Positions 48,706-64,000 of a stretch of 64,000 bases of DNA are shown piece after piece. The notes beneath the pieces were generated by a model. The model worked only from the letters and a program-made list of their open reading frames with translations, did not search any database and had not been told where the DNA came from. Numbering within the stretch: the first letter of the stretch is position 1; each line of letters begins with the position of its first letter. This DNA comes from Chrysomallon squamiferum (lineage: Eukaryota > Animalia > Mollusca), in assembly GCA_012295275.1 (NCBI GenBank), contig CM022675.1:14446001-14510000 (forward strand), read 5' to 3'. The translations under genes were made by a program, and so were the position numbers.

Positions 48706-49759
48706 TGATAATTATTTACATGTAACTCACCAATATGTTAACTTATATATATACATGTGTGTGTATATATATATATTTTTTTTTTTGTCTAAATGTAACT
48801 ACTTTCTAATGTGCTGTTGCTCAGGACTGCAGTGATGAAAGGTAAGGTTACTGCATTAGTTCCTTTGTATAATTTATTTTCATTACAATAAAAATAAAGA
48901 ATAATTTGGCAGTGTTCTGTTCTGTATTTATTTTAATAACTGTAATTTATCCACAATATATGAAAGTAGATTTTACAAACAACAATAAACAATGACAAAA
49001 TAACTTTTATTTTTTATACAAATGAAAAATGATAACTATCACTAAAAGATGTAAAAAGTTTTATAATAAAAATGGCTGTCTTGTGTCAGTAGCATGTTGG
49101 TAATAAAATGAATGGAATATCATCAATGTGAGTTAAAAACTGCTTTATAAATGATAAATAACTGTCATTTTGCCACAAATTCTCATTTTATGATGAGCAG
49201 ATATTATACAAAACTTTATATGATGGTATTCAGTATATGTGCATGTGTCTCTCTGGCTTTTGTTTTAAATTTGTCAACATTTTATTTTAAACTGCAGTAG
49301 TTTGGTTTACTGTAATAAAAAACAAAATAGTTAAAAATGTTTCATTTAACAACAGGAGTATGAAGAGTCTTATAAACTTGAAACTAAACAAATTTTCTAC
49401 ATTCAGTATTGCTATCAGACTCAGTATTCAATGTCATTTAAAGGATTTTTTTTACTTCAGTCTCGTTTGATTGCTTTATTTCCTTTCATGAAATTTAAAA
49501 CTGGCTGGCTTGGTTCAGCTTCTTGGGTACATTTACAGTCACACTTTATTATGATAATTAGGATGGAGCACTAACATTTTTAAACATTCTGCAATAAGTA
49601 AATAAATGTATGTCCATTTTCCAACACATTAACTCCTTTTCACCTCACAGAAACTTCTCATTCAGTGTATAAAGACAATGTTGTCAGATATGTCTATGTA
49701 GATCACAATAGTACACCTTTTAATAACTGTGACCTTTGACCTGTGATTGTTTTTAACTA

Positions 49760-55426
<5,667 letters not shown>

Positions 55427-55503
55427 ATTGGATGAACTGCCAAATTAATTTATAAACCCAGCTTTCATTGGTGGAGAGAATAGTATTAAACGACAATTAT
55501 CCA
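55427..55503. promoter_or_regulatory. Compact bidirectional promoter region between RNF113A and CRPPA
   Basis: The divergent start codons are separated by only 77 nt (149 nt if CRPPA uses ATG 55576). Local CpG retention; TTTATAAA at ~55449. Confidence 0.7.
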
Positions 55504-55997
55504 ATGACGAATATCGATATTAAAGTGTTATCAAGGGAGGCAAGTGCTCATCGTAAGAAACCAAAAGCGAAAATTATGGCGTGTAATTTCAGTGTTGGTG
55601 TTATATTGCCTGCAAGTGGCACTGGAGAAAGAATGGGTTTAACGCCTCCAAAACAGTTTTCGGAAATGTTTGGAAAACCATTGTTTTTCTACTCAATTTA
55701 TTGTTTCCATAGGTAAATAAAGTGACTGGATTAAATGAAACGACTTTAACTATTAAAAACTAGCATGTCACTCGTCACTGTCACTATCATCCTGATAACA
55801 GTAAATGGAAATTATGATGGTAAAACAGTTAGACATTCAAAACTTTTATAATTACTAATACAGTTCAAAATATATGTCGACAATAACTTGAATAGCACAT
55901 TCAAGGATAGCACATTATAGGTTAACTATATTGCATACTTCCCATTTATTTATTTATATCTTAAGATAACTCTTTCATAATAATGATGTTTGACAAT

Positions 55998-56029
<32 letters not shown>

Positions 56030-56591
56030 ACACACACACATACATACATACATAGAGGGTGATCCAAAAGTAGGTGGACATTAAATGATAACATTTATTT
56101 TGAGATTACATATATAATTATATTTACTCTAAAAGTAGGTGGACAGTAATTGTAGTTATAAAATTTTAAATAATATAGCACAAATACCCATAGTTATAAT
56201 GAACACCATTGTAATAATATAACCCTAACCCTGACCCACATACTGTCCATATACTTTTGGTCCACCCTGTATATAATAAATGCTGTATTAATAAACGCTG
56301 TGTATATATATCGTGGAAGTAATACACATTATCCCCGAACTGTGTTTTTATTTTTTTATTTTTTTTAGAAAACATTGGAATGATGTACATATAATTTTAT
56401 TTTCAGATTTGACTGGGTCAAGTCTATAATTCTAACAGTTTCACAAGAGCACATTGCGGCTGTAGGGAAAGTTGTTAGTGACTACAATCTCAGTAAAGTG
56501 AGAGTAATCGAGGGAGGCCCAACAAGACACAGATCTATATATAAGGGAATTCAAGCTTTTTCAGGTAAAAACAACATCATATCTTCAGTTT

Positions 56592-56674
<83 letters not shown>

Positions 56675-59600
56675 GAGAATAATAATGTAAATATGTAAAA
56701 TATTGAAGTACATTTATACTATTAGAATTTCAGGATAGCACATTATAGGTTAACTATATTGCATAATTCCCATTTATTTATTTATATCTTAAGATAACTC
56801 TTTCATAATAATGATGTTTGACAATAAAATTTATAAAAGTTCTGTATCCCTCTTCTTGTTTTTTAATCCTGTTTGTCATATTCAGAAGTGTTAAAATATC
56901 TGATATATAGATAAAAGCTGAGATATTACAAATGATTTACTGACCTGTAATCATTTACAACATCTGTATGTTAGTCTTATAAATAAATGAATAACTATTA
57001 AATAATGCAGTCAGTGGTTTGTTTTTTGGTTCATTTTTTCAGGGAAGTCTGCTCCAGATATTGTGATTATTCATGATGCTGTTAGACTGTTTGTCACAGA
57101 AGAACTTGCGAGGAATGTTGCCATAGCTGCCAGACAGCATGGTGTTAGTTTTATTATTATAATTGTTGTTATTACTATTTTTTTTTTTTTTTTTTAAAGG
57201 TTATTGTTGTTGTTGTTATTAATTTATAGTTATTTAAATTTTTATTATTAATTTATTGTTTTAATTTTTATTATTAAAATAGTTTAATTGTTAAGCCTGC
57301 TTTTATAAGATGGTGGTGATAATAAATAGCAGCAGTAGCAATAGTAGTTTTAATATTATTTTAAAAGAAATTGTAAGTTATTTATACAGATTAATTACAC
57401 ATTCAAGATATGTAAAACAGGGTTTAAAGACAAAATATATTAAAACTAATGCTATAATCCACATTACTATATTTGACCATAGACAGACAATGCAGTTATA
57501 AATTTTCAAACTCAGTAAACATTATTAGAATGAAAATAAGTTAAATTCTGTATTTATTTTTTCTACTTTCTGCAAGTATTGTTCACCTACATTTTATATC
57601 TACACCAATAAAAACAATTAATACAATATTCTTCATATTAATTTTTTTACCACAGGCTGCTGGTGTGATGAGACCTCTTGTTTCCACGGTGATAGCTGTT
57701 GAGTCAAACCTTCTGGAACAGTCACTGGACAGAAGCAGATATGTGGCAAGTGAAATGCCACAAGGATTTCAGTTTGATGTCATAAAGAAGGCTTATCAAC
57801 AGGTATTTTGGTTTATTAATGCAGACTGACGATATTTCTAAAAATAGATTATAAATGCCTTAACTTCAAAAATTCCTATGTGGTAAAAAATTGCTGACAG
57901 ATACTCAGTGTTTTTAGGGTAATTTATTTTATCCATTTTATCCTTTCTACATTTCTCCTACAGGAAAATCCTTTCTTTCATTAAAAAAAAATTATTATAA
58001 TAATAATTTTAGAAAAGTAATAATAAAATAAACGACAAATGGAAAATATGCAAAAAAGAAAAATATAGACTGATTTTTACAGAGAATTTAAAATGAGAAT
58101 TTTTGTTATGTTGTTAAAATGTGTTGTTGTTACAGAGTACAGACTATGATTTTGACTATGGAACTGAATGTTTGTTACTTGCTATGAAGTACTCTGGTGT
58201 TAAACCTCACATTTTAGAAGGATCAGCAGATCTGTGGAAAGTGAGTAATATTTATAATATAGAAATAATTAGAACTTTATTTTAGCTGTAGCATTTTTAT
58301 TTCAATAAATTGTTTTTTAGAAATTAGATTTAAAATATCCAAATATTTTAAAACAACATATGAATAGAAATTTTCAGAAAGATAGTTTTATTTGTAATGA
58401 GAAAGTAATCTTTTCTAATAGCAAAGTATGACAGGAACTCTATATGAATTTTTCCATTATTTTTTATAAATAAAACTAATAGATACAGCAGTTTTGCTTA
58501 TAAAATGTAAGAACATGTAACTAACAACAGTCTTTTTTTATAATTTTAAAATTTTATTTTTATAGTTTTTATCTGGGGTTTTTTACATCTTATTTTGTAA
58601 TTATAATTGGTTTTTATGTATTTGATTTTTCAGGTTACATATATACAGGATTTATATGCTGCAGAAGGAATGTTAAAAGGTATGTGTGTAACACAGTGAT
58701 TAATAATTAATGATCAGTATAATTAATCATAATTTTATACACAAGGAATCTGAAAATTATTGGCACAGTTTAACTTTTTAATAAACTATATGGTAAGATA
58801 CACAAAATATTTAGACAAGGTTATTTAGAAATATTATTTTTTAAACTTTCTTTTATTAAAATAACTGTTAAAAACCTTCAACACATTAGTGATTTGATGT
58901 ATTAGGTCTAGTTTCTGTAAACATTCATTGTACACTATTTTCTTCTTTGGAATTAATTTTTATGATTGTTTATGTACATCCGAGAAAGTAAGAACTTGTA
59001 AGATATCTATAAATCTGGACAACAGTGGAATTTTCTGCACATTTTGAAAGAAAGTGTACAGATAATATTTGGATGCACTGCATATAGCAACAGTATATGC
59101 CTAAAAGTATAAAATATGTTGTTTTTAATCCTTATTTTGTACTGAAAATTCTGTCAGCTTCATTTTCACTATCAGTACTAGCAACAACTTCTACTCTGTG
59201 TGGTAGCAGGTTGTAATAGCTCAGTGGTTAGAGTGCCTGGCTGATGTAGGATTTGCTTGTAGGATCTAATCTCCAAGATTAACTGTTACCTTTTTCCACT
59301 TAGTGCACCAAGCCTGGTTAAAGACACACAATTATTGAGAGAGGTTACCTGCTGCAACCAAATAATAGCTACTCTTCAGTTAGCAGCAGCATGTCTTCAT
59401 TATGCACCTTCCCACAGACAGAAAAATATAACCACTGCCTTTGATTAACTCTCCATTATAAAAAAGTTACTTGAATTTATAATGGTACAAAAAACAAGAA
59501 AGCTACTGATGAATTAATGCAGATGTATCATACCAGCAGCAATAAATCTTTCATATTCTATTCCATCATCAACAACAGACACACATGCAGCTGGCTTTGA

Positions 59601-60846
59601 TATAACAGTCATATGACACTGGTTAGAAATGATTTTGTGGTCATTTTTTTCCATTTATTATGTTGTTGTTTTTTATAACTTAGATTTTTTATTTTTTATT
59701 TTTTTATTTTATTTTTTTTCATTCAGAACATTATATTAAAGTTCAGCTGTTTGGAACAGATGTCTATCATCCACTAATTTCACATCTTGAACAAAATCTG
59801 CGAAGTAGAAGAATACAGGTAAATGTAACATACGTTTGTTATATCCTCAGTCACTTTTACTGTGCACTGTTAATTTGGTTAGCACAGTTATCAGCTGTTA
59901 TTATTAAAAATATTTAACTTAGCAGTGAGTAAAGAAAAATAATCTACATGTATGTACATTTGTATGGGTCATTGCACATACATGTCTACATGCAGGTAGA
60001 TACAGTCTATTTTAACCATTATTTAGTGTATCATTATTTAATGTATTCATTATTTTATAAATGTTGCAACACCAGAATGTACATATGTATCCTTGAAATT
60101 GTCTATCTACAAGTGCAAACATCTTCTGTTTGGTGCAAGAACAAATACTTTTGTATTCTTAGTTCTGCATTTGTTTTCATGTTTGTGTGCAAATATTTCT
60201 TTGATACTTATCTATTACTGGGTTGCAACAAAAGTCTGTATTCAACTGTATGTGCCATTTTTTCAGCTTAAGAATATGTGTATTTCTCATATTTACAAGT
60301 GAAACGAAATTACATTTTCAAATGCACATTTTTGAAAAAATGATCCAACCCACTATTTATAAAATATCAATGAAATATTTTAATTTTTACACTGTTCTGT
60401 TCTTTCTAGAAGGCTTCAGGATCAAAAACTGTTGATGCCATTCTTCCTGGTGTCAACACTTTTGTGTTTCTCCATCAGTCACTGGCACCAGATACTGGTC
60501 ACCAAACAAAAAGAGCTGTTCAGTCAGCAACAAGTAAAAACAACATTCCTGTACTCAGCCCAGTCATCATTCATGTGTTTTTAGGAATTGAGGAATCAAC
60601 TTGTGATCTTCGGAAGTATATCCAGTACATGTACAGTTTGTCTGAAGCTCATAAACAGGACAGTGTTTTTGTTTCTGGCATCCTGGCTTTTGTGAGTGTG
60701 TGCTCTATATAATCTATGTTAGTCACCACATGATCACATACACACTACACACACTCTCAGTTTAAACTCACATTCTCCCACACTTTTACTCACTCATTCA
60801 GATGGACAGATGGATTCATAGAAACAGACAGAAATATGCATGCATG

Positions 60847-60883
<37 letters not shown>

Positions 60884-61080
60884 CTTTTAGCTATCTAGGT
60901 CAGATTGAAAATGGAAATGAGAACATCGTTGACTTCCAGTGTTTAATAATATTATTTATTAAAGATAATTTCTGTTTTCAGAAAGGCAGCAGACTCGAGA
61001 ACTTAATTCCAATGGTTACCGAGGTGATATGGGAAAGAAAACAAGTCTTTTCTGGACAGTTGTTCATTGTAAGAAGCTGA
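55504..61080 (+). CDS. CRPPA: D-ribitol-5-phosphate cytidylyltransferase (ISPD/CRPPA) (9 exons: 55504-55712, 56407-56564, 57043-57143, 57656-57802, 58136-58240, 58634-58679, 59727-59818, 60410-60691, 60982-61080; ~412 aa)
   Basis: Motifs [77 protein letters not shown] and C-terminal SGQLFIV. All GT-AG with consistent phases. The start could be 55504 or 55576. Confidence 0.94.
55904..55998 (+). repeat. 95-bp direct repeat, copy 1 (copy 2 at 56732-56826)
   Basis: AGGATAGCACATTATAGG...GATGTTTGACAATA; one mismatch between copies. Confidence 0.92.
56055..56269. mobile_element. Tc1/mariner-type MITE
   Basis: TA|GAGGGTGATCCAAAAGTAGGTGGACA ... TGTCCATATACTTTTGGTCCACCCTG|TA: imperfect ~26-bp TIRs with TA flanks, and an internal AACCCTAACCCT. 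Confidence 0.75.
56732..56826 (+). repeat. 95-bp direct repeat, copy 2
   Basis: Matches 55904-55998. Confidence 0.92.
59205..59625. mobile_element. Cluster of decayed tRNA-derived SINE fragments in both orientations
   Basis: A-box TAGCTCAGTGGTTAGAG (~59216), followed by reverse-oriented core pieces (GCTACTCTT..TTAGCAGCAGC..TATGCACCTTCCCACAGACAG..CCTTTGAT), with a second diverged core at ~59535-59620. Confidence 0.65.
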
Positions 61081-61889
61081 TATGTTTATTTACAAATACA
61101 GAAATTTTATACCCACGAATGTAACTTAAAATATAGAACAGTTTTCCACATTTGTGTTCAGAAGACTAACAAGATTTAAACTGATTTATTCTTTAAGAAC
61201 CTCATGAAACATTTTGCAGTCATTTAGAACTGAAATACCCCAAAAAGTGGTAGATATATCTAAAATTATTTTATGAAAATTAGTGAGAAATACTGTTTGT
61301 TGAGAAAAAAAATTTTAGTGTTTAGAAAGTACTTAGCAGAAAGTAAAATTTGGGATTTTTCTAATGATTTTTCAGTTTTAGAATTGTTTTAATATCTCTG
61401 AACCAACACCCAACTGTGTGTTACATTTGATCATTCCTTAAACTAGTTACTCTTCATACATATAAACTGTACATTAATCCATGTAGATGTAAGTTAACAT
61501 TATTGTAACACTTTACATTACAAAACCATTACACAGATATCCCCAGTGCCTAAACCCTTTAAAGATGTATGGTGCTATGTAGAAAATTATGCATATGTGG
61601 TTGTGTTTTATTTTTTAACTGTCTATATATTGTAGAATTACATGTAAATAATTTTATTGTTTTCTATATATATATATTGTAGAAACATTTATCACAACAT
61701 TTGATATATCCAAGTATTACTACTTTTACAGAATTTTCATCATTGTCATCTTTATTAAATTATTATTAACATCATCATGTAGCTGATGTTTTTGATGTGC
61801 AATAGTTGTTAGACTTTGTGTAATGTAAAAAGAAAATAATTGTTAGATTGACAGATATGCTTATTACTTTTTCCTTTCTTTGTTCTTCT

Positions 61890-61931
<42 letters not shown>

Positions 61932-63126
61932 AATAATCACACTAAAATGCTGAAGTTTTTGTATCATAATGTTTATATATATAATTTTTTTTGTTTTAAT
62001 ATAACAGACCATGCAGGGACCATATATTGTTTAAAAAAATGTACTTGTTCTAATTAATGGTGTCTTTAAATTTTTATATTTTAATAAATGTTTCTGATAA
62101 TGTATAATTTTTATTTACACTAGAAACAATCAGTCAGAATTTTCTGCCATTTTTATTTGCAATCAGCTGTTCAGATAGACAAATATCCTGAACTTTTAGT
62201 CTTTTTAAAATTTTAAGGAATAATGTTGTTTGTATTTTCAGGCATAGATCTTTATAGTAATGTATTTGTGTGTATTTATGGGTGGCTGTCAGTATTTAGT
62301 GCTCTGTAACTAGCTGTAGCTCTACTAGTAGTCGTAGTAGGAGGAGTAATAGTAGACGCAGCAGTCTTAGTAGTAGGTCTGCTATTACTATATTATTGTT
62401 ATAACAATACTCGCAAATAATGGCAATGGTATTTTTGTAATAAAAACATTATTATGCAATAAAAAAACAATTTTGTAATAGTATTTAGTTATTTGTATCT
62501 GCTGAAATGGAACATTATTTTGCATTATCTATCAAAGTTACAAAAATAATAAATAGGAATGAAACAATATGAGTACTGACATAGTAAACAGCACATTGAA
62601 AAAGCACCACTTTATGAATGCACGAAACACATAAACAGACATGCACAGACATGCACACACACACACGCGTACACATACACAGACATGCTCTGACCATGAC
62701 CTATCCCAGAAGAAGTATTTGATAACAAGCAGCTTATCTATCCTATCTATTTATCACACCTGTTACTTCCAGTTCCACAGATCTTTTAGCCTTTTATTTC
62801 TTCACACGTAATCAGACAGGTAATGGTTTTAACTAATATTTATTTCCATTTTTTTGTGAAAGGGATCAAGTTTGTGAACTAGACATATTCTATAATAATA
62901 TAACCATATTCAATGAATTTATCAGCCTGGCCAGGTTTAGTACAATGTTGAAATATGACGATTTATTTGATCAATCACTGATTAACTTCATACAAATGTT
63001 AGATAAATATTTATACTTTATTTCATTAAGTTACATCTGTGACGATTTTTCAAGATGTACTTATGGTGCGACACATTGTGAGTAAATATGGTTTATAATG
63101 GAGAATATATATCTGGCGTGTGTGTT

Positions 63127-63168
<42 letters not shown>

Positions 63169-63324
63169 CATATAGCTTCAAAGCACGTTGAACCAATGTT
63201 TCTCTTTTAGAGTCTATCTTTCCACATTATATAATAATACTCTATTCCTTTATTTTGGTGATTTTCTTTCTCCTTTGAAAAAAAAAAAAAAAAAAAAAAT
63301 GTTTTTAATGATATTTACACCAGT

Positions 63325-63562
63325 ATGTTTTTCTACGTCTGGCTACTACTGCTGGTGGGTTCGGTTCTTGGCGGGGGACCCTGCTCACCAAACGAAAATC
63401 TTCTTACGTTGTTACGTGGCATCCACTCGTTACCCTCGTATCCTCTCCTGTCAGCTGAAAACAAGGCACTTCTACCCGAACTGATAGCCGAGGCACAAGT
63501 CTGTCAACTCACAGCCTACATCTACACAGTGGGTTTTCACAAGATACTAAACCTTCTCGACA
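63325..63562 (+). CDS. First coding exon of an uncharacterised secreted protein (partial; continues beyond window)
   Basis: An acceptor (accag) lies just before the ATG. Signal-peptide-like MFFYVWLLLLVGSVLG is followed by GGPCSPNENLLTLLRGIHSLPSYPLLSAENKALLPELIAEAQVCQLTAYIYTVGFHKILNLLD and a canonical donor A|gtaagt (phase 1). Unique, GC-enriched, coding-like composition. Confidence 0.7.
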
Positions 63563-63825
63563 GTAAGTCGTTTTATATCATTTTATACTCAACACAGTAG
63601 AGAAGAGTTACAGTATATCACTGTTGTTAATACACGAGAGTTAGTAGAAGTATATCACTTTGTATTCGGCTTCTCGATAGTAAGTCCTTATTTATAGTCG
63701 AGTTAGTAACTGTAGTATATCATTTTATAGTCAACACAGTAGAGAAGGGTTATAGTATATCACTGAGTACTCAACAGACGCGAGTTAGAAGTATATTACT
63801 TTATATTCAACTTCTCGATAGTGAT
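63553..63825 (+). repeat. Imperfect ~120-140-bp tandem duplication starting at the exon's donor site
   Basis: CTTCTCGA(C/T)AGT at ~63553, ~63670 and ~63811; TATATCATTTTATA.TCAACACAGTAGAGAAG occurs twice. Confidence 0.75.
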
Positions 63826-63827
63826 AC

Positions 63828-63911
<84 letters not shown>

Positions 63912-64000
63912 TAATAATTAAATATCTGTTTTAGTGAAATCACCTTATGACAAATTTTTATTTCACAAAGAGGATTTCTAATAAATTATCAAAGTTTTTA

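Noticed and set aside
56221-56237. Interstitial telomeric repeat
   Set aside because: Only 2-3 units, inside a MITE.
59205-59280. Possible tRNA gene
   Set aside because: Only the A-box is recognisable, with no cloverleaf or B-box, and it adjoins SINE core sequence.
60407-60412. NAGNAG acceptor at CRPPA exon 8
   Set aside because: Real but common; changes a single Lys in a poorly conserved region.

Overview
AT-rich, microsatellite-laden eukaryotic DNA with GT-AG introns. It is most likely a mollusc (gastropod-like SINE core and gene models; inference). Most entries in the ORF track are artefacts of simple repeats, so spliced models were rebuilt by hand from splice sites and phases. Six genes: (1) engrailed homeobox gene (+, 2 exons, 3068-7851); (2) an unrecognised 118-aa secreted, C-terminally amidated Cys-rich peptide precursor (+, 13450-14530), enclosed by a ~96%-identical inverted repeat pair (9351-9488 / 15023-15160); (3) MFSD6 (-, 8 exons, 26972-45164, 11.2-kb first intron); (4) RNF113A/Cwc24 (-, 9 exons, 49760-55426), head-to-head with (5) CRPPA/ISPD (+, 9 exons, 55504-61080); (6) the first coding exon of another small secreted protein (+, 63325-63562, continuing beyond the window). 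The left ~47 kb is gene-sparse and dotted with CpG-containing, motif-rich non-coding islands, like an engrailed regulatory landscape. The right part is compact and CpG-depleted. A 1.35-kb TIR element sits near the boundary. The best candidate for a new system is the amidated double Cx3C/CxC peptide gene next to engrailed.
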